Shown here piece by piece: positions 6,585 to 15,395 of a DNA stretch of 35,896 nucleotides (position 1 is the stretch's first letter; each line of letters opens with the position of its first letter). Both the position numbers and the translations under genes were made by a program. Under the pieces are notes generated by a model. The model did not search any database, was not told where the DNA came from, and saw only the letters and a program-made list of their open reading frames with translations. The stretch comes from Candidatus Dojkabacteria bacterium UBA5232 (GTDB taxonomy: Bacteria > Patescibacteriota > Dojkabacteria > SC72), in assembly GCA_002409215.1 (NCBI GenBank), contig DHUO01000006.1, forward strand, positions 2,419 to 38,314. The letters run 5' to 3'.

Positions 6585-6947
6585 ATGGCTGAAGAAAAAA
6601 GTGCTAAAAGAGTCTATAAATTAGACGATATAAAGTTCAATGAGGAGAATAAAACCATGGCTATTGTCTCATGGATTTCTATCGTAGGTCTCATTATGTT
6701 CTTTGTTGAAAAGAAGGATCTTTTTGTAAGATATATTGGTGCTCAAATAATAGTCGTTAATATTGCAGCTATTCTTTTGTCTTTGATTGTGATGGTAATA
6801 CCTTTACTTCGATGGTTACTTGCTCCAATGCTTCCTTTAGCTACCCTTGTTATAATTATCATCGGAATGGTTAAAACATCAAAAGGAGAGAGATTTGATA
6901 TTCCATTAATCTCTGAATATGCACTTAAACTAATGAGTGCTGTTTAG
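6585..6947 (+). CDS. small multi-pass membrane protein (DUF4870-like)
   Basis: 120-aa ORF with 2-3 hydrophobic helices (MAIVSWISIVGLIMFFV, IIVVNIAAILLSLIVMVIPLL, LATLVIIIIGMV). It is divergent from lexA and followed by a terminator. Confidence 0.5.
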   Translation: MAEEKSAKRVYKLDDIKFNEENKTMAIVSWISIVGLIMFFVEKKDLFVRYIGAQIIVVNIAAILLSLIVMVIPLLRWLLAPMLPLATLVIIIIGMVKTSKGERFDIPLISEYALKLMSAV

Positions 6948-6970
6948 GTCTTTTTAGATTGTAAATAGAA

Positions 6971-6998
6971 AAGGGGAGAGAAATCTCCCTTTTTTTTT
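6971..6998 (+). terminator. rho-independent terminator
   Basis: Stem GGGAGA (6974-6979) and TCTCCC (6984-6989) with a GAAA loop, followed by a run of 9 T (6990-6998). Confidence 0.65.
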
Positions 6999-7026
6999 AG
7001 TAATATGATAGAATTGTTTCGTACCT

Positions 7027-7100
7027 CGGGGAGTAGTTCAGATGGCTAGAACGCTGCGTTTGGGACGCAGAGGTCGCAGGTTCAAGTCCTGTCTCCCCGA
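7027..7100 (+). tRNA. tRNA-Pro (anticodon UGG)
   Basis: The cloverleaf folds by hand: acceptor CGGGGAG/CTCCCCG, anticodon stem CTGCG/CGCAG with loop TTTGGGA, T-arm GCAGG-TTCAAGT-CCTGT. CCA is not encoded. A TGaTAGAAT -10-like motif lies at 7006-7014. Confidence 0.9.
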
Positions 7101-7118
7101 CTCTACACTACTAAAGAT

Positions 7119-8012
7119 ATGCTACATACTACAATCAATTATCTTTCATATTTCCTAATTCCTCTATTATTCTTATTAATTTACCTAATTATTAGGTACA
7201 GAGATAGGTTGTTAAAAAAGAAACTCTTACTAATCCTATCTATTCTTTCAATACCCGTACTCTTACTGTTTATCTATGCAAGGTTTGTAGAGCCTAATAC
7301 AGTAAAGGTACGGAGTAGTGATATAGAGGTCGGTTTTAAGACGAAAATCGTACTAATTGCAGATACTCATATTGGAGTATATTCTAATAAATCTTTCTTT
7401 AAGAAGGTTGTTAATAAAATCAATAGTATAGAGGAAGTTGATGCAGTTGTGCTTGCAGGAGATATAACATATAACCCTAAAAGAGAGGATATTCTAGAAC
7501 TTCTTGCCCCTCTTAAAGATATAAAATACCCTGTGATTGCTGTTTTAGGAAATCACGACATTGGTCATCCTGGTCCTGATATTGAAGAAGATTTAGAGCT
7601 TGCGTTAAAAAGATTAGGGGTTATTTATCTAAAAAATGATTCTGTAAAGATAGAGGGTAATGATGATATAACTTTTTTGGGTTTGGCAGATCTTTGGTCA
7701 GGAGATGTGAATATTGAAAAGTTAAATTCTTTTGATGATAAAGAAAACTTAATTGTAATAGCACATAATCCTGATACGGTATATAAATATAATAAAAACA
7801 TTCCTGATTTAACTCTTTCTGGACATACTCACGGTGGTCAAATTAGATTGCCTTTAATATATGAACATTTCATTCCTTCAAGATATGGTTTTAATGAAGG
7901 TTTTTATAATATTGAAAAAGGTAAGATTTTTGTAACATCTGGACTTGGACAAACAGGATTACCTTTTAGGATAGGGATTAAGCCTGTTGTTGATATTCTA
8001 AATCTCTACTAA
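7119..8012 (+). CDS. membrane-anchored calcineurin-like metallophosphoesterase
   Basis: Two N-terminal TM helices followed by the metallophosphoesterase motifs ADTHIG, AGDITY, GNHD and GHTHGGQ. Confidence 0.8.
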   Translation: MLHTTINYLSYFLIPLLFLLIYLIIRYRDRLLKKKLLLILSILSIPVLLLFIYARFVEPNTVKVRSSDIEVGFKTKIVLIADTHIGVYSNKSFFKKVVNKINSIEEVDAVVLAGDITYNPKREDILELLAPLKDIKYPVIAVLGNHDIGHPGPDIEEDLELALKRLGVIYLKNDSVKIEGNDDITFLGLADLWSGDVNIEKLNSFDDKENLIVIAHNPDTVYKYNKNIPDLTLSGHTHGGQIRLPLIYEHFIPSRYGFNEGFYNIEKGKIFVTSGLGQTGLPFRIGIKPVVDILNLY

Positions 8013-8022
8013 CAAGTAGTGA

Positions 8023-9084
8023 TTACCACTTAATGGTATATCCTTTTAACCTAGTTCTAAGTGCAGAGTAAATGTAGTATATCCCGTATTTTATTTTATT
8101 TACTGGATAATCTCTACTATGTAGATACGTTATCTTCTCACCACCCAAACTTCTCTTAAACTCCCCTACACCACTCCAAGGGTGTTTTTTTTCCTCCCAA
8201 CCTTTAGGTGTCACCCCACCAAAAAGATCATACGTGGTACATCCTAACTCCTTTCCTAGTTCTAAACTCTTCCAATACAGTATTGGTGTAATAATCATAT
8301 TCTTCTGTCTAAACTCCGTACTAGAACAAGCTTGATAAAGGTGCATATTCTTACCGTAGACAGTGTTTTGCCATACTGAAATTGGTTTGCCATCATAATA
8401 TCCAATTACAAGGTAGCACATGCCATACTCCACCTGTTTTTTTAGTTCTGCGAGAAGTAGCTTTGTTGACTTATCTGTATATCCTTTAACCTTTACTGTC
8501 TGTTCATGTAACTTTTCAAAAACATTAAATTGAGAATCATCATTAAAAATCTTAACCTCTACTTCTGGCATCTTAGATAGTTTGTTTAACATATTTCTTC
8601 TGGAGGAGCTTAAATCACTTTTTAGTGAGTCCATATCCTTGGTTAAATCCATATGCTGTGATATTAAAGAATCAACATTGTGGATGGGAGCTTGGATAAA
8701 GCCGTTTTTATTGTAAAAATTAATCAAAATATCGTTCTCTATGTAAAGTGGAGAGAATCTAAACATAAAACAATTATTTTCTTTGCTTAAATCTTTACAA
8801 AACTCTGTTACCTCACTCCAAATCTCCTCGCTACCATCATCCATGAGCATAGGAGAATGCTTGCAGTCTAAGAACTTTCCGAAGAGTTTTGAATCACCAA
8901 TGTTCCCTGTGATTATTCCAACAAGCTTTTCATCTTTTTTGATGACATACCTAAATGCTTTAATCCCAACATCTATATTGTATTGATACCTTGCACTACT
9001 ATTAAGAAAAGAATATTCAGGAAGTTGCCTAACGTAATCATCCCATCTTTTATCATCTTCAATTTTCTCAAATGTAAGTTTCAT
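8023..9084 (-). CDS. FemAB-family peptidoglycan interpeptide-bridge aminoacyltransferase-like protein
   Basis: 353-aa ORF. The N-terminal pattern (W..Y....P..SFLNS..W) and overall length and layout resemble the FemX/FemAB family. Assigned from memory of the family only. Confidence 0.55.
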   Translation of the reverse strand: MKLTFEKIEDDKRWDDYVRQLPEYSFLNSSARYQYNIDVGIKAFRYVIKKDEKLVGIITGNIGDSKLFGKFLDCKHSPMLMDDGSEEIWSEVTEFCKDLSKENNCFMFRFSPLYIENDILINFYNKNGFIQAPIHNVDSLISQHMDLTKDMDSLKSDLSSSRRNMLNKLSKMPEVEVKIFNDDSQFNVFEKLHEQTVKVKGYTDKSTKLLLAELKKQVEYGMCYLVIGYYDGKPISVWQNTVYGKNMHLYQACSSTEFRQKNMIITPILYWKSLELGKELGCTTYDLFGGVTPKGWEEKKHPWSGVGEFKRSLGGEKITYLHSRDYPVNKIKYGIYYIYSALRTRLKGYTIKW

Positions 9085-9101
9085 TAAATCAGAATAACAA
9101 A

Positions 9102-10322
9102 TTAGATTACTTTTGCATACTTATCAATAATTTCTTTTATCTCTTTTGCTTTATCTTCATTCACTTCTATATTTGTTGGTAGGTTTATAATATGCTTAGA
9201 GCAGAACTCTACTTCTGAGCACTCACCTACTCTATATCCTAAACATTCTAGCTTGTCCCAAGTAATTGGGAATACTGGCGTTGTATACCAATTACCTGAT
9301 ATTACGCCTATCTCTCTTAGTCTTTGCTTAATCTCTACTGGATTTTCAACAAGGAGTGGGTATCTTAACAGGGTTTCATTTCTACCATATACATCTGCAA
9401 TCTTCTTTCTATTTTCATTAAACGCTGAAAGATGTTTTAATTGGGTTAGTAGTAGTCTGGCTTGCACATTACTCATCTTATGTATTCCATCAAAATCCAC
9501 AGTATCACTCGATGCCTGCTTTTTAATTACTCCCCAAAAACGATACCACAGTAGGAGTGCTTTACCTACTGTTATCTTTGGTAGCAGAATTTTCTTAAAG
9601 TAGTTCTTTTTAATCTTATCCCAACAGAGAACGTATTTTGCATTGTACAAGGCCTCTTTTGTTGAAAGCTCTTCAACCTCCTCATACTTCTTATCTAAAT
9701 CACCACTTAGAAAGTGCATATGATTTATCACCAATGCAGAGCCTTGTGTAGAGCTGATACTTTTATCCTGTGCAAAACTGAAGAAAAAAGCATCGGAATA
9801 TTTACCTATCTGCTTGTTTTCAAAATCTAATATATGCGCACAATCTTCGAGGATGAAAATATCATTGCTGTCGTTTCTTTTAGAGTTTTCTTGATCAACA
9901 ATCTCCCGTACTCTAGACATATTTGCGATGTTCCCAAAAGTATGTTGTACAACTATGGCTCTAGTTTTGTCAGAAATCTTCTCTCTCATTTTTTCCAAAT
10001 CCATATTAAAAGTATCTCTTTTGATATCAACAAAAACAGGCTTACATTTGCTCCAGAGAATTGGTGCTAATACTGCAATACAGGTAAAACCTTGAAGGAT
10101 AACTTCATCATCAGGTTGAAGGTTTAAGTTCTGAAAAAGGAAGTACATTGCATCTCTTCCTCTGTTAAAAAAATACACGCTTTTCTCGTTGTATTCATTC
10201 TGAAAAATGGTTTTCAGCTCATTAATACTACCAGTAACAGAAACAGTACCTTCTAAAATGCCTTTTGCAGCGTTCAAATCCTCTTCTGTTGTGTTTGGTG
10301 TAGAGCCTATGAATATACTCAT
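9102..10322 (-). CDS. DegT/DnrJ/EryC1/StrS-family PLP-dependent aminotransferase
   Basis: 406-aa ORF with a fold-type I sugar-aminotransferase layout and a candidate PLP lysine in FSFAQDKSISSTQGSAL. Its start overlaps the mutL stop (TAATG). Confidence 0.6.
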   Translation of the reverse strand: MSIFIGSTPNTTEEDLNAAKGILEGTVSVTGSINELKTIFQNEYNEKSVYFFNRGRDAMYFLFQNLNLQPDDEVILQGFTCIAVLAPILWSKCKPVFVDIKRDTFNMDLEKMREKISDKTRAIVVQHTFGNIANMSRVREIVDQENSKRNDSNDIFILEDCAHILDFENKQIGKYSDAFFFSFAQDKSISSTQGSALVINHMHFLSGDLDKKYEEVEELSTKEALYNAKYVLCWDKIKKNYFKKILLPKITVGKALLLWYRFWGVIKKQASSDTVDFDGIHKMSNVQARLLLTQLKHLSAFNENRKKIADVYGRNETLLRYPLLVENPVEIKQRLREIGVISGNWYTTPVFPITWDKLECLGYRVGECSEVEFCSKHIINLPTNIEVNEDKAKEIKEIIDKYAKVI

Positions 10323-12166
10323 TAATATGTTCTTTCAAAATTCTTATCTATCTCACTCAAGCTCATTTTCCATATAATTGGTCTTCCGTGGGGACAGCTA
10401 TATGGATTCTCACATTTTTTTAAACTTTCAAAAAGATCCTTCATTTCAATATATGAAAGCTTTTGTCCAGATCGAATACTTCCGTGACACGCTATTGTTG
10501 CTAATACATCATCTTTTCTTTTCTTGAATGATTTATGCAAGAGATTAATATTTTCTTCCAGTTCAAATATATCTTTAAATATTAATGTATAGTCTGATTC
10601 TGAATACTCTGCAGGAATTGTTTTTAGTGTAATTGCAGTATCTCCTACATCATATATGAACCCTAACTCCTCAAAGAACCCTTTATTTTCATCTAAAAAG
10701 ATTAACTCACTTTTAGAAAAGGTCATTTCTGCAGGAACAAGAAGGTTCTGCAGGTTGCTTTTTGTCTCTCTCTTCTCAAGTTTTTCAAAATTGATTCTTT
10801 CTGCAACAGCGTGTTGATCAAGAATCCAGAGTTTTTCATCATGAAATTCTATTACAATGTATTTATTAAATATTTGGAAGATAGTACGAATATCACTGTC
10901 TGTTGATATTTCTTCTTTGTCTTGCTGTACAGGTGGGGAATCTTTAAGAAGTTCGCTTGAGAACAGTAATGAGTCTTGTACTGATGATGAGCTTGTTGAT
11001 GTGTATATATTTCTAGGAGAGTACTCTTTCGATTTGGGGGTTGGTTGATTAAATCTCTCACGAAGAGAGTTAAAATCTGTACTGGAGTTTGTTGTTGGAT
11101 GGTGGTTTCTATCAGTTAATGAATGCTCTACTGTATCTGTTTTTTTATATGAGAGAGATTTTTCTAAAGCATGTTTTACCGCCTCTTCTACAGCAGAGTA
11201 TATTCTGTATGGGTTTTCAAATCTAACTTCTTCCTTCCTGGGATGTACATTTACATCTACAAGTTCTGGGTCTATATGGATATTTAAAACAAAATCCACT
11301 TTCTGTCCAAAAGGTAGATATCTAGAGTATCCTTCCATAATTGCCCTGACAATTCCCCTGTCAGTAACGGGACGGTTATTAATGAATATATATTGATGAG
11401 ATGACCTACTTTTATGTGCCGAAGGATGAGAGCTATATCCTGAAATTGTTGTACCAGCACCGTTGTAGGCGACTGCCAACATGTCCTCCTGAACGGGTTT
11501 TCCAAACACCTCTGAAATCCTTTCTTCTTTTAATTCTCCTGCCTTAGAGCCTTCTAGGGCCTTTAGATTAACAACCATCTTTCCATCTTTCTCTAAAGAA
11601 AAAGATATGTTGGGATATATTAAAAAATATCTATTTAGCATTTCATATATCTTCCTGTACTCTGTTGTTGCTGTTTTTAAGTACTTCTTTCTAGCTGGAA
11701 TGTTGTAGAAGAGATTTTCCACCCGTACAGTTGTACCTCCCTCTTTTGCTACTGTTGAGATATCTGATTGCCCTTCTTCATTAAACAGAATCTCATTAGC
11801 CCTATCCTCCTCTTTATATTTAGAAGATAGTTTTACTCTAGATACTGATGTTATTGTAGAGAGAGCCTCCCCTCTAAAACCCATACTCAGAAGTGTATTT
11901 AGATCCTCTATACTGCTAATTTTTGTTGTTGTATGGGGTTGGAAAATGGAGTTGAGATTCTCTCTTGGGATACCGATACCATCATCAGAAACCTCCATTA
12001 GATCAATACCGCCATTTTTAATTTTGACACTTATTTTTGTAGCTCCAGCATCAATTGAATTATCTACCAATTCTTTAATTACAGAAGAAGGTCTTTCTAT
12101 GACTTCACCAGCTGCAATTTGATTAATGACTTCTTCTGATAGTTTGTGTAATTTAATATTTGTCAT
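10322..12166 (-). CDS. mutL: DNA mismatch repair endonuclease MutL
   Basis: GHKL ATPase N-terminus (INQIAAGEVIERPSSVIKELVDNSIDAGA), endonuclease motif DQHAVAERINFE (DQHA-X2-E-X4-E) and C-terminal CPHGRP. Confidence 0.92.
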   Translation of the reverse strand: MTNIKLHKLSEEVINQIAAGEVIERPSSVIKELVDNSIDAGATKISVKIKNGGIDLMEVSDDGIGIPRENLNSIFQPHTTTKISSIEDLNTLLSMGFRGEALSTITSVSRVKLSSKYKEEDRANEILFNEEGQSDISTVAKEGGTTVRVENLFYNIPARKKYLKTATTEYRKIYEMLNRYFLIYPNISFSLEKDGKMVVNLKALEGSKAGELKEERISEVFGKPVQEDMLAVAYNGAGTTISGYSSHPSAHKSRSSHQYIFINNRPVTDRGIVRAIMEGYSRYLPFGQKVDFVLNIHIDPELVDVNVHPRKEEVRFENPYRIYSAVEEAVKHALEKSLSYKKTDTVEHSLTDRNHHPTTNSSTDFNSLRERFNQPTPKSKEYSPRNIYTSTSSSSVQDSLLFSSELLKDSPPVQQDKEEISTDSDIRTIFQIFNKYIVIEFHDEKLWILDQHAVAERINFEKLEKRETKSNLQNLLVPAEMTFSKSELIFLDENKGFFEELGFIYDVGDTAITLKTIPAEYSESDYTLIFKDIFELEENINLLHKSFKKRKDDVLATIACHGSIRSGQKLSYIEMKDLFESLKKCENPYSCPHGRPIIWKMSLSEIDKNFERTY

Positions 12167-12172
12167 AGATAC

Positions 12173-12181
12173 ATTTTAACA
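12173..12181 (-). promoter_or_regulatory. extended -10 (TGTTAAAAT) 6 nt upstream of the mutL ATG
   Basis: The minus strand reads TGTTAAAAT-gtatct-ATG, with no room for a 5' leader or SD. Confidence 0.4.
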
Positions 12182-12193
12182 CATTAGTATATT

Positions 12194-12202
12194 TGCTAAA
12201 AT
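12194..12202 (+). promoter_or_regulatory. extended -10 (TGCTAAAAT) 2/8 nt upstream of the uvrB ATGs
   Basis: TGCTAAAAT-at-ATG(12205)-agt-ATG(12211). A leaderless transcript would favour 12211. Confidence 0.4.
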
Positions 12203-12204
12203 AT

Positions 12205-14169
12205 ATGAGTATGGAAAGTTTTAAACTAGAATCAAAGTATGCTCCTTCACCTGATCAGCAGAAGGCAATTCAGGAGATTGTATTAAATTCTAAAAAGGAT
12301 GAGAAGCAGGCATTGTTAGGTGTTACAGGTTCTGGAAAGACTTTTGTAATGGCGAATGTCATTAAGGAGCTTAACAGACCTTCATTAATTATTTCACATA
12401 ACAAAACTCTTGCAGCACAGCTATATGAAGAGTTTAAGGAGTTTTTTCCTGAAAATGCTGTTAGATATTTTGTCTCATACTACGACTATTACCAACCAGA
12501 GGCATACGTTCCTGCAAAAGATTTATATATTGAAAAAGAATCTGAGGTTAACAAACAGATTGAAAACTTAAGATTTGCTGCAATGAATTCTGCGCTAACA
12601 AGAAGAGATACTATTGTTATAGCTTCTGTGTCTTGTATATATAATATTGGGCAACCAGAAAACTACGAGAATAAAGCTCTTTCCTTCTATGTTGGTCAAA
12701 CAGTACAACTCTCAGAAGTTGCGCTAAATCTTGTGAGTATGAGGTATGAGAGAGATACGTACGATTTTGTTAATGGCGTTTTTAGAATTACTGGTGATAT
12801 CATTGATATATTCCCGCCCTATGAAGATGTTTCAATACGTATTGAACTGTTTGGCAACAGGATTGAGAGAATTAGTATGGTAGATCCAATTTCCAAAAGA
12901 AAGATTGAGGAGAAGAAAGAAGTTTTAATCTTCCCTGCTACTTCATTAGTTTATTCTAAAGAGGTTATTGATGAGGCTGTAAAGAGGATTAGAAAAGATT
13001 TAGAGGATAGAGTGACATTTTTACAAAACATTGGAAAGGATTTAGAGGCTCACAGATTACAACAGAAAACAAACTATGATTTGGAAATGCTTGAAGAGGT
13101 AGGATATTGCAAGAGTATGGAGAACTACAGTATATATTTTGATGGAAGAAGGCCCGGAGAGGCTCCTTATACTCTACTTGATTACTTCCCTGATGATTAT
13201 CTCCTTTTTATTGATGAATCGCACATGACTATCCCTCAGATTGGAGGAATGTTTAATGGGGATAGGATTAGGAAAGATAATTTAATAGAGTATGGTTTTA
13301 GACTGCCAACTGCTAGGGATAATCGACCGCTGAACTTTGAGGAGTTTAGAAAGAGACAGGGAAAAACCCTCTACATCTCCGCTACTCCTGCAGAGTGGGA
13401 ATTAAAAGATAGTAACAATGTTGTTGTTGAGCTTCTAACTAGGCCAACAGGTCTTTTAGATCCTAAGATTGAGATAAGACCAATTAAGAATCAGATAGAT
13501 GATGTAATTAGTGAAATTAGTAAGAATGTTCAGAAAAAACAGAGGGTATTGGTAACAACCTTAACAAAAAGATTTGCGGAGGATCTCACTACCTATCTTC
13601 AAGAGGCTGGTATAAAGGTTCAGTATATACATTCAGATATTGACACCGTTGAAAGAGTTGATATATTAAGAGATTTGAGACTTGGAGAGTACGATGTGGT
13701 AGTTGGGATTAACCTTTTAAGAGAGGGTATTGACCTTCCGGAGGTATCTCTTGTAATTATCTTAGATGCAGATAAGGAGGGTTTTTTAAGATCAAGAACT
13801 AGTCTTGTTCAAACAATTGGTAGAGTAGCAAGACATGTTGAAGGTCGAGTTATCATGTATGCAGATAATATTACCGAAAGCATGAAATACGCTATTGATG
13901 AAACTAACAGAAGAAGAAAATATCAAGAAGAGTATAATAAGAAACACAATATCAAACCAAAGAGTATCACAAAAGAGATAAGAGGTAGATTGATTGAAGA
14001 AGAGGAAGATAAAGATGTTGATATGGATATTGAGAAAATGGATATAAGACAGAAGAAGATATTAGTAAAAGAACTTAATGAGGACATGTTAATAGCTGCT
14101 GATAGATTACAATTTGAGAAGGCAGCACAACTAAGAGATCAGATTAAAGAAATTAAATTGAGTATGTAG
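12205..14169 (+). CDS. uvrB: excinuclease ABC subunit B
   Basis: N-terminus FKLESKYAPSPDQQKAIQEI, Walker A GVTGSGKT, helicase motifs and a C-terminal UVR domain (AADRLQFEKAAQLRDQIKEI). The listed ORF starts at TTG 12193, and ATG codons at 12205 or 12211 are more likely. Confidence 0.93.
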   Translation: MSMESFKLESKYAPSPDQQKAIQEIVLNSKKDEKQALLGVTGSGKTFVMANVIKELNRPSLIISHNKTLAAQLYEEFKEFFPENAVRYFVSYYDYYQPEAYVPAKDLYIEKESEVNKQIENLRFAAMNSALTRRDTIVIASVSCIYNIGQPENYENKALSFYVGQTVQLSEVALNLVSMRYERDTYDFVNGVFRITGDIIDIFPPYEDVSIRIELFGNRIERISMVDPISKRKIEEKKEVLIFPATSLVYSKEVIDEAVKRIRKDLEDRVTFLQNIGKDLEAHRLQQKTNYDLEMLEEVGYCKSMENYSIYFDGRRPGEAPYTLLDYFPDDYLLFIDESHMTIPQIGGMFNGDRIRKDNLIEYGFRLPTARDNRPLNFEEFRKRQGKTLYISATPAEWELKDSNNVVVELLTRPTGLLDPKIEIRPIKNQIDDVISEISKNVQKKQRVLVTTLTKRFAEDLTTYLQEAGIKVQYIHSDIDTVERVDILRDLRLGEYDVVVGINLLREGIDLPEVSLVIILDADKEGFLRSRTSLVQTIGRVARHVEGRVIMYADNITESMKYAIDETNRRRKYQEEYNKKHNIKPKSITKEIRGRLIEEEEDKDVDMDIEKMDIRQKKILVKELNEDMLIAADRLQFEKAAQLRDQIKEIKLSM

Positions 14170-14173
14170 AGAA

Positions 14174-14926
14174 ATGAGAATTAAATATTTAGTAAATGAT
14201 AAATATGAGAAAGCAAAGCCTTTCAATGAATATATTCAGACTCACTTCCCTCAATTACTTACAGAAGAGAATCCAGAACTGTATATTGTTGCAGGAGGGG
14301 ACGGTTCAATGCTTCATGCTATCCAGGATACCATAGAGGATGGAATACCTTATCTTGGCAAAGCAATGGGGACTTTTAATTTCCTTATGAATGAGTTTGA
14401 AGATGATGAAAAAATTATACGTAGGTTATTAGATGACAAGATTAAGATAGATATATTTAAGACAAGTGCGATTGGGGTATATTTAGACAGTAAGAAGATT
14501 GGAGAGGCTGTTAATGATGTAATACTTGGAGAAGGGGTAATGGATTTGTTTAATTTTTCTATTTCCACTGCTTCTGGTTACTTTGATGAGTTCGAATTTA
14601 AAGCTTCTGGATTATGTGTTAGCACCCCTATTGGCTCTACAGCATTTAACTACAACAACAATGGTAGGATACTTCCTTTAACATCAGAGCTTCTTTCTAT
14701 CACGGGTATTGTCTCTAACAGATATTTGAATGATATTGTCCCTTTTGAGGAAATTCGTATTAGATCCAATTCCCCAAAGATATACCTTACTAAAGTTGGT
14801 GCAAGAGAGTTAAACGAGGGGTCTGAATTACTATTGAAAAAAGGCTCTACGATTGGGATAGGTTTTTTGAATAAGCGAGAATTTTTAAGAAGAAGGATTG
14901 AGATTGTACATAGGTTTAGGAAGTAA
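14174..14926 (+). CDS. nadK: NAD(+) kinase
   Basis: 250-aa ORF with the GGDGSMLHA diacylglycerol/NAD-kinase motif and the downstream pattern NDV...G....STP.GSTAFN. Confidence 0.8.
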   Translation: MRIKYLVNDKYEKAKPFNEYIQTHFPQLLTEENPELYIVAGGDGSMLHAIQDTIEDGIPYLGKAMGTFNFLMNEFEDDEKIIRRLLDDKIKIDIFKTSAIGVYLDSKKIGEAVNDVILGEGVMDLFNFSISTASGYFDEFEFKASGLCVSTPIGSTAFNYNNNGRILPLTSELLSITGIVSNRYLNDIVPFEEIRIRSNSPKIYLTKVGARELNEGSELLLKKGSTIGIGFLNKREFLRRRIEIVHRFRK

Positions 14927-14965
14927 ATACCTTATTTATAACTTAAATTAACAAGATTTTGATAT

Positions 14966-15229
14966 ATGCAAAGAGGTGTATTACAACTAACAAGAGAAGA
15001 GGTTGTTGCATTGAATAGTGCTTTCCATTGGGTAGTAAATGGACATACTATCCTTGCATCAAAGCTTCAGTATGCTATGGATAATCTTCAGGATATACAT
15101 AGTATTGAAGTTTCAGAAGATGATTTAGAATTACTTTTAGATGATATTATGCCTGTAGAACAAGAGAATATTGTTTTAAAAAATGCAATGCAAAAGGTTG
15201 GAGATTTGTTAAGGGAGTTTAGGAGATAA
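14966..15229 (+). CDS. hypothetical small acidic protein
   Basis: 87-aa ORF in an otherwise empty slot. No motif recognised. Confidence 0.35.
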   Translation: MQRGVLQLTREEVVALNSAFHWVVNGHTILASKLQYAMDNLQDIHSIEVSEDDLELLLDDIMPVEQENIVLKNAMQKVGDLLREFRR

Positions 15230-15283
15230 GTGTAATCCTACATATATTATACCACGAATAAGTGCTATGGGACAATAGATTTA

Positions 15284-15357
15284 TGGTTGCGGGACATGGA
15301 TTCGAACCATGATTCTCGGCTTCAAAGGCCGGTATCCTACCATTAGATGATCCCGCA
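15284..15357 (-). tRNA. tRNA-Gln (anticodon UUG), CCA encoded
   Basis: The reverse complement folds as a cloverleaf: acceptor TGCGGGA/TCCCGCA, anticodon loop CTTTGAA, T-arm CATGG-TTCGAAT-CCATG. The 3' end reads A-CCA (15287-15284). Confidence 0.85.
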
Positions 15358-15379
15358 AGAACAGATGTATTATACAATA

Positions 15380-15388
15380 TGCTATCAT
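15380..15388 (+). promoter_or_regulatory. extended -10 (TGCTATCAT) 7 nt upstream of ATG 15396
   Basis: TGCTATCAT-attaatc-ATG. Confidence 0.35.
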
Positions 15389-15395
15389 ATTAATC

